Shown piece after piece: positions 1 through 12,367 of a stretch of DNA of 64,000 bases (the first letter of the stretch is position 1; each line of letters opens with the position of its first letter). The translations under genes were made by a program, and so were the position numbers. The stretch is from Octopus sinensis. Its lineage: Eukaryota. The notes below the pieces were generated by a model that saw only the letters and a list, made by a program, of their open reading frames with translations, was not told the DNA's origin and did no database searches. The stretch spans positions 10,478,001 through 10,542,000 of the forward strand of contig NC_043018.1 in NCBI RefSeq assembly GCF_006345805.1. The letters are read 5' to 3'.

Positions 1-63
1 ATAATTGTATACAAGTAAAAGAGAAAAAGCGTATGCTTGTATACATGTATGTAAACACACACA

Positions 64-203
64 CTGCTTCTACACATACCTACTTATACACACACACACT
101 GCTTCTACACATACCTACTTATACACACACACACTGCTTCTACACATACCTACTTATACACACACACACTGCTTCTACACATACCTACTTATACACACAC
201 ACA
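64..203. repeat. 35-bp minisatellite, 4 copies
   Basis: Unit ctgcttctacacatacctacttatacacacacaca starts at 64, 99, 134 and 169. Confidence 0.95.
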
Positions 204-403
204 CACAAACACTATGAAAGTTGGCAATTAACTGAATTTTGGCATTTTTTTCTAGGTTGTTTATTATAGATGCAAACAGTAAAAATGGCAAAGCACCGAG
301 TAAATCTCTCTTTTGTACAGCATTCATATATGAGAGAGAGACAGGAGAGCCAAGTGTTGTGTGTGTGTGTGTGTGTGTATAAGTAGGTATGCGTAGAAGC
401 AAT

Positions 404-481
404 GTGCACGTGTTTACATACACACATGTATACATGCATATATGTGTGTGTATACATGTATATGAATATAAATGCATATAT

Positions 482-534
<53 letters not shown>

Positions 535-765
535 CATGTACATGCATATATATGTATACAAACATGTATATACATAAATATATATATACACATATACATG
601 CATATATTGTATACAAACATGTATATACATACATATATATATACACATATACATGTACACATACACACATATATAAGCATATACATATGTACATATCTAT
701 ATGTAAGCATATATGTAGGTAACTATATTGTAAGTATAGATATATATATATACTATGTATATGTT

Positions 766-826
<61 letters not shown>

Positions 827-961
827 TGTGTGTGTGTGTATACATGTATATGAATATAAATGCATATCTATACATATATATATATATGTGCATGTACATG
901 CATATATATGTATACAAACATGTATATACATATATATATACATATACACACATATACATGC

Positions 962-996
<35 letters not shown>

Positions 997-1192
997 TGAA
1001 AATATATATGTATACAAACATGTATATACATAAATATATATACACATATACAAGTATATATATGTATACAAACATGTATATACATACATATATATATACA
1101 CATATACATGTACACATACACACATATATAAGCATATACATATGTGCATATCTATATGTAAGTATATATGTATGTAAATATATATATATATA

Positions 1193-1244
<52 letters not shown>

Positions 1245-1260
1245 ATATTTACGTATATCT
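404..1260. repeat. compound (TA)n/(CA)n/(TACA)n microsatellite field with internal block duplications
   Basis: Read directly; explains the YI/CV/HT-rich pseudo-ORFs here. Confidence 0.95.
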
Positions 1261-1610
1261 GTACATTTGTGTGAGTGTATAATGGGTCACCCACTAACCT
1301 CAATTATATACACCCAGTCATCTAATATGTAGCCAATGGTTAAAGAACTGATTACCAAACGGTCACATGGCTTTGACTGAAAAAAAAAACAACAACAACA
1401 TTGATATTTTGATTCCATTTGACTTCCTTTGGATTGTTTTTCAGTCTCTCAGAGTTCTGTGATTGGTCCACAACTGGCGCTGTCATGATTGGTGCGAAAA
1501 TGGACCAGACTGTTTTGGAAACTGACGCTAATTGAAATCAAACACTGAGGAATGATAACTCCAGTTGCAAACATGTTTACTCCATGAAGGATGTAATAAT
1601 AATAATAATC

Positions 1611-1642
<32 letters not shown>

Positions 1643-1990
1643 CCTTTCTTCTATAGGCACAAAGCCTGAAATTTTAGAGAAGGAAACTAATTGATTACAT
1701 CGACCCCAGTGTTTCACTGGTACTTAATTCTCAACCCTGAAAGGATGAAAGGCAAAGTCGACCTCAGCGGAATTTGAACTCGGAATGTAGCAACAGGCAA
1801 AATGACCCCAGTGCATAACTAGTACTTGTTTCATTGACCTCGAAAGGATGAAATGCAAAGTCAATCTCAGTGGAATTTGAAATCAGAGCATAGCAACAGG
1901 CAAAATACCACTAAAGCATTTCACCTGAAATTTGTGAGCAGGGGCCTAGTTGATTACATCAACCCCAGTATCTGACTGGTACTTATTTTA
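1643..1990 (-). mobile_element. stacked fragments of a tRNA-derived SINE (family B here)
   Basis: Reverse complement of gagttcaaattccgccgaggtcgactttgcctttcatcctttcggggtcga (B-box-like GAGTTCAAATTCC), recurring across the window. Confidence 0.85.
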
Positions 1991-2524
1991 TTGACTCTGG
2001 TGGAGGATGCAGTGGTGGTGGTGGTGTCAAAAGAGGTGGAGGAACTGGTATTGGTGGTGGCACTGAGAGCACAACATACCATCCATCATCCTCAAAAAGA
2101 CTTTCCCTCCCTTTTTATCTTTGTGTGAACAACATCACACTTTCCGACCAGCACCCACATACACCCATATGCAACTGCATAACTGTCACACATGTCCCCT
2201 GCCCGCCTAAAGCATCACCCTTCTTGTCTTTGTTTCTCACAAATGTTTCCCTCGCTTTATCAATCTGCCAAGCAAATTGTTAGATTAACAAGTTTCTTCC
2301 TGAAGTCTCTAGAAGAGATTAAAAGGCACAAAGTAGGCAGTTTAAAGAGCTTCAGGGTAGATATCTGAAACCTGGCCATCCTTTAATCCATAAATTGTCA
2401 GAAGATATTATACGGCTGTAGACTGAAGCTGCTTGTAGGTTTTTGTTTTGTTTTCTTATTTAGACTAAGGGGTGGGAAACTTTCGACAACCTCCTACTTC
2501 AAAGCTTCTATTTCTTTCTTATTT

Positions 2525-2790
2525 CATCGACCCCAGTGCGAAACTGGTACTTTATTTATCGACCCCGAAAGGATGAAAGGCAAAGTTGATGTCAGTGGAA
2601 TTTGAACTCAGAAAGTCATTACGTTCTGAGTTCAAATTCCACTGAGGTCGACTTTGCCTTTCATCCTTTCGGGGTCGATTAAATAAGTACCAGTTTTGCA
2701 CTGGGGTCGATGTAATCGACTTAATCCGTTTGTCCTTGTTTGTCCCCTCTATGTTTAACCCCTTGTGGGCAGTAAAGAAATGTATTTCTT
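2525..2790. mobile_element. head-to-head inverted pair of family B SINEs
   Basis: 2525-2613 is the reverse complement of 2624-2712 with a few mismatches; spacer agtcattacg. Confidence 0.85.
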
Positions 2791-3180
2791 ATTTCTAAGA
2801 AACCAAGCCATGACTGGAATGAGAGCTGTCCACTTGCTATTCATAGCAGGTCAAACCAATATGGAGAACTGACCTTCTAAATATAGCAGACAATTCTCAC
2901 TCCAGCCGTAACTTCACTTCTTAGAAATAAGAAAACAATAAGCTTGCTTCACTGACAGGAATGGTCAGAAATGGAATGTCTTTGATCAAAAGGTCTGACA
3001 GATGATAGATGGTAGTTTATGCTGACATTGACTAAATAAGAAAATATTTCTCTCAAAGAGTATTGGACAGCACTGGTTTGATGGCTAGATTACTAAACTG
3101 TGATGGTCTAATGACTGCAAAACTGGACTGCAATAATTTAGTTATTAGAGTACAAGACTGTCATGCATGATTGATTAGAG

Positions 3181-3560
3181 GCGTAGGAGTGGCTGCGTGG
3201 CACCTTGGACAAATGTCTTCTACTATAGCCTCGGGCCGACCAATGCCTTGTGAGTGGATTTGGTAGACAGAAACTGAAAGAAGCCTGTCATATTTATGTA
3301 TATATATGTATATGTGAATGTATATGTTTGTGTGTCTGTGTTTGTCCCCCTAGCATGGCTTGACAACCGATGCCGGTGTGTTTATGTCCCTGTCACTTAG
3401 TGGTTCGGCAAAAGAGACCGATAGAATAAGTACTGGGCTTACAAAGAATAAGTCCAGGGGTTGATTTGCTCGACTAAAGGCGGTGCTCCAGCATGGCGGT
3501 GCTCCAGCATGGCCGCAGTCAAATGACTGAAACAAGTAAAAGAAAGAATAAAAGAAAGAG
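3181..3560 (+). mobile_element. tRNA-derived SINE (family A here), with an internal deletion
   Basis: gtaggagtggctg...caccttgg..caagtgtcttc...ggcggtgctccagcatggccgcagtcaaatgactgaaacaagtaaaaga; over 20 related copies in the window. Confidence 0.85.
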
Positions 3561-4839
3561 TACTAGCCTGTGATTGTTAAAGGATCAGAGGACTGCATTG
3601 ACTAGGGTTAATGAGTACTAGACTATTAGGGTTCAGGGGCCAGAATACAGAATTGTTGTTGTTGTTTAGTAGCTCAAGTAATGGACTTTGATGGTTTACA
3701 GCTAGAGTACAACATTGGTCATGCACAAACGACTAGAATAATGTACTCTGATGGTCTAGTAGCAAGGACAGGACTTTGATAGTTTACTGGACTGTTTTGG
3801 ATTAATGACAAGAGTACAAGATTGTGATGATTCGATTAGATCGACTCCAGTACGCAACTGGTATTTAAATTATCGATCCCAAAAGGATGAAAGCAAAGTC
3901 AACCTCGGCGGAATTTGTATCAGCTAAGTACCAGGAGATAGTTAGAGGTAAGGAAATTTAATCAATCATTTCTTGTCCCCAAAAGTTGACCCTTAATATA
4001 CTTTTCTACACTCTTACCCTTAGTGGAATCAATACAGTATCAGACAAAAATGCTTCATATTTTGCCATGGCCTTTTATGTTCTGAGTTCAAATCTCATCA
4101 AGACTTACATTTTGCTGGTCACTCTTCGAAGGAGGGGGTGGGGGTGATGAAATCAATTACTGGAGATAAATTTGTTTATGTTTTGATTTTTACATCGGTA
4201 TTTTCATGCTCACATAGTTTAGACATATGTTACCATAGTTACCGTTTCACAACTTGTTCTTTTTGAGTTACTAAGCAGGGGGACTGGACGGCACCCCCAC
4301 CCCTCACTATTCAATGATGTACCCTTAAATTTACAGCGATACACTTATTTCTAAACCCCACCTTAGCATTATTGCAAATTAGTACCCACCCAGAATATTC
4401 TGAAGCAACCCCAGGTGCCAAAGTCTGGTGAAGGGCCTGACTGGATGCCCTTCTTGCTAATCTTTACCTGTTTTTCAGGTAAGGGCTCTCTTATTCCACA
4501 GCTTTACCACTTCTAGTTCACAAATTTGCAAACAAGCGCATGTATAAATTATCACACACACACACACACACATCTGTTAGTTTCTTCATTTGTTTTACAT
4601 CCGTTTCTTCCATGATTGCATAGGTCAGATGAATTTATTACTAAAGATCCTGTTGTACAGACTAATGCTCTTCTTGATGCTAACCCTTACAGGGGATCTT
4701 TTATTCCACAAAACTTCAAAGGTACAAAGTGAACCAGATGATTTGTCGAGAAGAGAAACTGACAAGAATACCTGCCACCACAACACACAGGTGACTGTAA
4801 ATGCATGTGCACACGCACGCACACACACACTGGTCAAAC

Positions 4840-5075
4840 CTATTTCTTTACTACCCACAAGGGGCTAAACACAGAGGGGACAAGCAAGGACAGACAAACG
4901 GATTAAGCCAATTATACCGACCCCAGTGCATAACTGGTACTTAATTTATCGACCCCGAAAGGATGAAAGGCAAAGTCGACCTCGATGGAATTTGAACTCA
5001 GAACGTAACGGCAGACGAAATACGGCTACGCATTTCGCATGGCGTGCTAACGTTTCTGCCAGCTCGCCGCCTTGA
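4840..5075 (-). mobile_element. near full-length family B SINE
   Basis: Minus strand reads ggcggcgagctggcagaaacgttagcacgcc...gagttcaaattcc...gtggg tagtaaagaaatagg; A- and B-box-like motifs. Confidence 0.9.
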
Positions 5076-5227
5076 TCAAACCGTCCAACTCATGCCAGCA
5101 TGGAAAACAGATGTTAAATGATGATAATGGTTACTCTTTTTGAGTTAAATGCCTCCCATCCCATTGTGAGCTAAGAATGGGCTTTGAAAATTGTTTCTTG
5201 CAAATTGCTTTTATAATACATTATAAA

Positions 5228-5625
5228 CGTAGGAGTGGTTGTGTGGTAAGAAGCTTGCTTACCAACCACATAGTTCCGGGTTCAGTCCCACTGCATGGCA
5301 CCTTGGGCAAGTGTTTTCTCCTATAGCCTCAGGTCAACCAAAGCTTTGTGAGTGGATTTGGTAGACAGAAACTGAAAGAAGCCCATCGTATGTATATATA
5401 TATGTGTGTTTATGTGTCTGTGTGTGTGTGTTTGTTCCCCCAACATCGCTTGACAACCGATGCTGGTGTGTTTACATCCCATAACTTAGCGGTTCAGCAA
5501 AAGAGACTGATAGAATAAGTACTAGGCTTACAAAGAATAAGTCCTGGGGTCAATTTGCTTGACTAAAGGCGGTGCTCCAGCATGGCCACAGTCAAATGAC
5601 TGAAACAAGTAAAAGAGAAAGAGAG
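5228..5625 (+). mobile_element. near full-length family A SINE
   Basis: tRNA-like head (ggttcagtccc), ccttgggcaagtg segment, central (TA/TG)n, conserved tail. Confidence 0.9.
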
Positions 5626-5644
5626 AGTGTTAAATATTCATCTC

Positions 5645-7345
5645 AAGAAATGCTACCCTGAAGATCATTCAGATTCAAGATCCCAAAAATACAAGACAAT
5701 GAAACGGAGGAATTCTAGCAAGAGCTAGAGGAAGCACTCGCTCACCTATTCACTTACACTATGGAAATTGATGGGAGATCACAATGCAAATGTTGGGAAA
5801 GGACAAGGAGAGAAATCTGTTGGTAAGTTTGGATCAGGAAAGAGAAACGAAAGAGGAGAATGTTTAGTTACCATGGCAGCAACAAGAAGACCTTACAATG
5901 GGAATAGCCTATACAGGAAGCAACCTGGAAGGAGATGGGCCTGGATGGCCCCAAATGCTCAGTACAAAAACTTAACTGACTACATTCTGGTCGATAAACA
6001 GTGCCTATTGCAGGACATCACAGTAGTGGTGCCATTCCACATAGGCAGGGATCATCACTTGCTACATGCAAAGATCATGATCAATGAAACGAGAGAGAAA
6101 AAAAGGGCTCTGCATGTCTCAGGGAAGAATCAATGTGCCAAGGTCTGTTTATGTGAAACAGTTACAGGACGCTATCAAGAAGGGAATTTAGTGTCAACTT
6201 GAAGAGCTCGATGGGGGCTGCCATTTGTGGATCCAGAAAGGCAACTACTGTGTATAAAAAGCAAAAGCTGCAAAGCAGTGGAAGCCTGGCAGAAGAATCT
6301 CAGAGGAGATGAAGAAAATGCTAGAGAAACAGAAAACGATGAAGAGGAACATGGAAGATCGCTTCGAGTATTCTGTTCTCTGCAAAGTGATCAGACAACA
6401 TCTGAGAAACGACTTCAAGAATTATAAACTGAAGAAATTGATGAAAGCTGCAGAGGAAAGGAAAAGTTTAAAAAGATGCAGGAGAGGTCTGACATTCTAA
6501 AGGTCAGAGGTTATGGCACTTAAGAACAAGGATGGGGTGACAGTCAATGGGAAGATGCAGGAGGTGTGTAAAACCTTTTGCACCAACTTTTTTAAATTAT
6601 CAGTGAAACTATTTCCCATGTCATCACAAATGCTAGAAGCGCCATCTATTCTGATCAGTTGAAAATGCCTTCAAACTGATGGAGACAAAGTTCCTGGGAA
6701 AGGTGGCATCAGAACAGAGATGTTAAGATATGGAGGTGAAGAACTGTGGAAAATCTTTGTTCTATGCTTCAATTGCTCCCTGAAGAAGGGTAAAATACCC
6801 TCAGGGTGGAAAGAGTCAAATACCATCCTGCTTCTTAAGAAGGGTGATAAAGAAGATTTTTAAAACACTATCGACCCATATGCCTCTTGCCTCACCTCTA
6901 TAAGCTGTTCACAAAGGTCAGGGTCACCAGACTATCAAAATACCTTAACGACCAGCAGCCAAGAGAGCGAGCTAGTTTTAGTAAGAACTATAGGTCGATG
7001 GATCACATATTCACTCTAACACAGCTCATAAAATGAGTGAACAAATATAAGCTTCCACTGTGCATTGCTTTTGTTGACTAGGCAAAGGCCTTCCATAGCA
7101 CTGAGATCTCTGGAAATGCAAGGTGCCAATGCACAATGCATCAAACTGCTCAGAGATGCAAACTCTGGAAGCACAACAGACAGTTCTGTTATCCAGACCA
7201 ATAAAGGGTCATAATTGAGAAAAGTGTCAAACAAGGAGATACCATCTCTCCAGAGCACTTTACAACATGTCTAGAAATTGTCAAGGACATTGACTGGACA
7301 GGTGATTTGAACATCAAGGTAAGCAAATAATATACCTCCGATTCA
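5645..7345 (+). pseudogene. decayed RTE-clade LINE ORF (AP endonuclease + reverse transcriptase), truncated at both ends
   Basis: MGDHNANVG..GKRNERG..WAWMAPN..KNLTDYIL (endonuclease); QQPRERASF..SMDHIFTL..LPLCIAFVD*AKAF and LRFTDG (RT); several stops and frameshifts. Confidence 0.9.
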
Positions 7346-7476
7346 CAGATGGCATTGAATTTGTCACTGTTTTTTTTTCTAATTTATATATGTATATTCT
7401 ATTTTGTGAAATTTGATTTAGTATTACTAAATTGAATTCTTCCCTGTAAGTTTGGAATAATATTCCCTAATATTAT

Positions 7477-7518
<42 letters not shown>

Positions 7519-8568
7519 AACACACACACCATATTTACTTATGTATAAGTTGCATTCAAGTATCAGTGGCTTTCCCAAAATATATATTACTGGCACAGTC
7601 ATAATTTTCGGGTTAGGTCAGCATCCCAAACACAAGGTTTTAAGTTTGGTCCCACCGTGTGGTGCCTAAGCCTGGTGCATTCTATATCCTTGTGAAATGA
7701 TTTAGGAGAAAAAGTCTTGTGAAATGATTTAGGAGACAGAAACTGAAGGGAATCCTTGTGTGTGTGTGTGTGTGTGTGTGCGCACATACGTTCATGTGCA
7801 TGTAAAAGTGTGTGTATGAACACATGTTTATATGTATGTTGTGTGTGAATGCTTATTAATCGGTACACCTGTACAAATCTCTGTTCTACAGGTGGTTTTA
7901 CCTGAGCTACACTGTTGTTATTTCCCTGAACAACAAATTGTTCACTGGCTTTGTGTCTTTAACTCTTTAGCATTTAAATTGACCATATCTGCCCAAAGCA
8001 TTCGACCTGTTTTATGTTCAAACTGGCCAGATCTGGTCTCTCACACCAACCCTACAATAGCGTTCTAAAAATTAATGGCTACCTCATCAAAATCTCTTGC
8101 TACAAGATAATGCATGATTAGTTCAAAACAATGTAAATGAAGAAGCATTAATTTTAACAGTATAATGTCAAAAAAGTTGAAGACCTGGAATAAGAGGTCC
8201 CAGATCCCTTGTTTAAGAAACATGGTCAGTGTTAAGTGTTAATGATAGGAAGAGCACCCAGCTGTAAAAACAATGTCTCACTAATATATTTGTCTAACAT
8301 GTGCTAGCATAGAAGAACCGATATAGAATTAAGGAATTTAAACCAGAGTCTTTTCCTTCAAACTCCCATTTCATGCCACAGCAATCGTTTGCCTTAACGA
8401 GTGCTGTGCATGAAACGGGAGTTTATTAGTGTTGCGAAACTCCATCTTAAATGCGTAATATATTCTAGGTTGAGTATGGAAGGCTGTGTTTATAAACCAT
8501 GTGTGTGTGAGAGAGACAGTGAGTGAGTGAGCATGTGTGCTTGTCAGAGCTGGGCAGAAGTTCATTAA

Positions 8569-8788
8569 CCCTTTCGTATTCAGATTATTTTGTCAAATGT
8601 AATGTTTTTTCATTGACATTGTTTATAATTAATCATGCTTTATTTTGTAGCTATAAAGTTTCCATGATGAGATTGTATATTTCTAGAATGGCATGGAAGG
8701 GTAGGTGTGATAGGTTGGATCTGACTAGTTAGAGCATAAAACAGGAAGCATATTTGGGCCGGATAAGGCCTGTTTAAATACTAAAGGG
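8569..8788. mobile_element. piggyBac-like MITE
   Basis: TTAA|CCCTTTCGTATT ... AATACTAAAGGG|TTGA: CCC..GGG termini with a near-TTAA target site. Confidence 0.65.
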
Positions 8789-9214
8789 TTGAACTGTCAA
8801 TTAATGAAGTTAACATTTTCGTTAATTTAACTTTAATTTAACTTTGAAAATCATTCTCAGACTAATTAACTTCATTACATTTAGCTTCCATTAACCCAAG
8901 TCCATTAACCCCCAAATTTTATAAAAACTGGTAAATGTTTTAAAGTTTCTATTGTTTTCAGATTGTCTCAGCATAATTAATATTGTATGCATCATTCTTT
9001 CAGCCCCGATATAATGCCACTTATTATTATTATTATAACTTGTTGGACCTCGTTTAGTCCTGCCTGGATTTGAAACCTAATCCATCTGCTTATTGCTTGC
9101 AAAGACAGCAGGAAATTTCTTTGTCCTGTCAAGAGGGAATAGTGGTTTCATGCGTTTACACTTCATCCATGAACTCAATGAGATGGATGTCAGAGAAAAT
9201 AATGACTTCCATCA

Positions 9215-9660
9215 TCATCATCATCATCGTTTAATGCCCGCTTTCCATGCTGGCATGGGTTGGACGATTTTGACTCAGGGCTGGCAAAGCAGATGGCTGC
9301 ACCAGACTCCAATCTGATCTGGCAGAGTTTCTACAGCTAGATACCCTTCCTAATACCAACCACTTTACAGAGTGTACAGGGTGCTTTTACGTGCCACCAG
9401 CACAAGAGCCAGTTAGATACTACTGACAACGGACACGCTCAAATGGTGCTTTTTATGTGCCACCTGCACAGGAGCCAGTCCAGTGGCACTGGCAACGACC
9501 TCGCTCGAATGTTTTTTTTTCACGTGCCACCAGCACAAGTGCTAGTAAGGTGACGCAAGTAATGATCATGCTCGAATGGTGTTTTTAACGTGCCATCGGG
9601 AAAGGAGGCCAGCTTGTTGCTCTGGCAACGCTCTCACTCCTATGGTACTCTTAGCACTCC
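9215..9660 (-). mobile_element. LINE 3' UTR/tail family (family C here; RTE-like tail ending in (GAT)n)
   Basis: Minus strand has ggttggtattaggaagggtatctagctgtagaaac...ccaacccatgccagcatggaaag...gatgatgat; about 14 related copies in the window. Confidence 0.8.
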
Positions 9661-10627
9661 ACTAGCACGGATGCCGATTTGGGAAAAATAAATGTAAGGA
9701 AAAAAGTTAGTAAATATTTTGGTGTGAACGCAAACAGCTGTTACATGGTGGCAGGGCATACTAGAAATAGTAGCCAAATCTTTTCCTTTTCTGGAAAAAG
9801 GAGCCGTTTACACATGATTTTGATGTCACATTCATTGAAACTAAGCAAAATAACCTGGCAAAGAAAAAAAGGCCTACAAAACAAAACTCCCTTCGTGGGA
9901 AACTTCAAGGTCCCCACCACACCTCCCACCTTTCTTTTCCAGAAAAAAGTGGCTTGTGGCAGGTTTGGAGGTCAGATATATTGAATGCACCCGAAAAAAC
10001 TTTGGAAAAAAATTATTCCACACAGAGATACGAAATATTTACTGAAAGAATAAAAACTTGTACCAATTATATCTGTATTTTAATTAATTCAACTTAATGT
10101 ACCTCATCTTGAAGAGTGACAAAATTTTTGTCGGATGCCATCTGGGATAATTTTAGTAACAAATCAAACAGGTAAGATATATTAAGAATTTCAATTTTAG
10201 CGTTTATCCATAATGTTACTGCTTTTACACCTGTTAATTAAATTTACCTGCCCATAAAAGTCAAATTTACCCAACAAGATCAGCTAAAATTACATAACTA
10301 TAAACCAGTGGCATAGAAAGCACCCACAGATAAAATTTACAAAGTTACATGCAAATGTTGTGGACATCCTTCTTGAATCTGAATAATTTAAAATAACGTG
10401 AACAAATAAGCATTACATTTGACAGATTAATATGAACACTAAAAATGTTTTTAGATGTTCCCCCCATCACTTGAAATTATTAGCAATTTTTCTTTAAGCC
10501 GAAAATGTTTCTCACGGGTTTTAAGTGTGTAGTGAACAAAGTCGTTTCGGACTGGGGTGATGAGGGGGTATCGGGAGTGAAAAAAAATTTTTGTAATATT
10601 TTTCCTTTTCTTACGTGAAAAGATACC

Positions 10628-11067
10628 GGATCTTTTCGGTTTGAACGGCAGTTTTTTCTAGCGGTGTCATATGAAATTGTCACCCATAATTATAACCCTA
10701 GTATCAATCTATTGCATTTCAATCTGTTTTAGGGTTAGGATTAGTTAGGGTTAGGGTTACGTATAGGGGTGGGGGGAAGGGTATCTTTTTTTCTTCACAA
10801 ATGTAAATAAACCCAATCTGTTTCTTAAACGAGGGACATATTCATACGGCACAGAATGTTTTTCACCTCAACAGACGCCATTGATTGGTTGAAATTGCAG
10901 AAATTGAAGAAAAAAAACCAACAAATATCTTACAAACTATAGAATTTTCTCAATAAAGCCAAGAGAAAAAGATGTTTTATAAACACATTCTACCAGTATA
11001 CGAAGTTTAAAATTTTTTAGTTACCTAGAAATTATGTTAAAAACTGCCGTTCAAACCGAAAAGATCC
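10628..11067. mobile_element. 440-bp MITE with 29-bp perfect TIRs
   Basis: ggatcttttcggtttgaacggcagttttt (10628-10656) and its exact reverse complement (11039-11067); internal ttagggttag repeats; no clear TSD. Confidence 0.85.
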
Positions 11068-11539
11068 AAGACACCTCCCATCATTCTGAAGACTTTGGTA
11101 AAAAAAACATTGGAAAAAATCCCCGTCAAAACGGAGAAATTCCAACTTACGTGGGTCGTCTGATCTGAAATTCCGTTTTCCCGTAACTATCCGCCCACTT
11201 TCAAACATTTTACCTACAAATTTCTTTGTAATCGTAATCTACACCGTTTGAAAGGCATTTGCTTAAAATTTCATTAAAAATACAGTTAATATTTACAATA
11301 CCTATTTTCCAGAAAGTTATGAGGAGGAAAATGTCGGGTTCTGTGAATTCTCCGAAACTTTTCTCTCCAACCACTCGGAAAAGTTTGTTTTTTTTTTTCC
11401 AATAAATCTTTACAAACACTCAATAATCAGGATATAAGCGATTGTTTGGTGAAAGTTTCGTTAAAAAGTATCCGTTTTTCTGGAAGATATGAGGCAACAA
11501 ATTCAGTGGGGTATCAAACTGTAGTTGTGCCTTTTTTCA

Positions 11540-11670
11540 ATGAATGTTAACGTTAATGAATTAACGTCAACTTCAGTTACTTTTTCAACGGATTAACAAT
11601 TAACGATGTTAACTTTTTGGTTAACGGATTAACAAAGTTAACTTTTTGGTTAACGGTACCCACCTCTGAT
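11540..11670 (-). mobile_element. hAT-like transposon terminus with subterminal gttaac/attaac repeats
   Basis: Minus strand begins cagaggtgggtaccgttaaccaaaaagttaac..., with repeated short palindromic motifs. Confidence 0.5.
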
Positions 11671-11744
11671 ATTTGTATTTGCGTATATGTATGTATGCAG
11701 AGCCGGCGTAGTAACATTGTTATAGAATATAGAATATATGTATA

Positions 11745-11970
11745 TATTTCTTTACTACCCACAAGGGACTAAACATAGAGGGGACAAACAAGGACAGACA
11801 AACGGATTAAGTCGATTACATCGACTCCAGTGCGAAACTGGTACTTTATTTATCGACCCCGAAAGGATGAAAGGCAAAGTCGACCTCGGTGGAATTTGAA
11901 CTCAGAACGTAACCACAGACGAAATACCGCAAAGCATTTCGCCCGGTGTGCTAACGTTTCTGCCAGCTCA
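11745..11970 (-). mobile_element. family B SINE
   Basis: Nearly the same sequence as 4840-5075. Confidence 0.9.
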
Positions 11971-12136
11971 GAACCGAATTGGACTCCCAGACTTTTTCGG
12001 GTTCCAGGGCAACTGACCAGTGTGCACATGCCTTAATGTGGCACTGTGTGTGTGTGTGTGCGCGTGCTTGTATATGTATGTTTGTGTACGTTCGCGTTTG
12101 CTTTGTTATTATACGTGTGTGTTTGTAAGTAGCTTA

Positions 12137-12142
12137 TTTATT
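12137..12142 (-). promoter_or_regulatory. candidate polyadenylation signal for the VPS9-domain gene
   Basis: AATAAA on the minus strand about 225 nt after the stop codon. Confidence 0.3.
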
Positions 12143-12367
12143 TTTAGCACTTTCAATTTCGTCCAATAAGGATATTGCTACAGGTCAGATTAACCGGTCA
12201 ATTACTGTATTCAATGCCACGGGGTTAAGTGCTGTATGACCTGTGACCTCAAACGAAAAACATTTTCTTTTCCATGGCTCTCTAAAAGTATAACTTTTTG
12301 TCACACCAATTTAAAAGACATTTAAAAAAGAAACAAGCAGAAAAAATATAAAGAAGAATCATTTACC

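Noticed and set aside
9679-9984. 101-aa ORF
   Set aside because: No recognisable domain; lies in a probable repeat
10728-10762. TTAGGG-like repeats
   Set aside because: A few imperfect units inside a MITE; not a telomere
12361-12367. G|GTAAAT donor-like site one base after the VPS9 stop codon
   Set aside because: Cannot be supported without transcript data; such motifs are common
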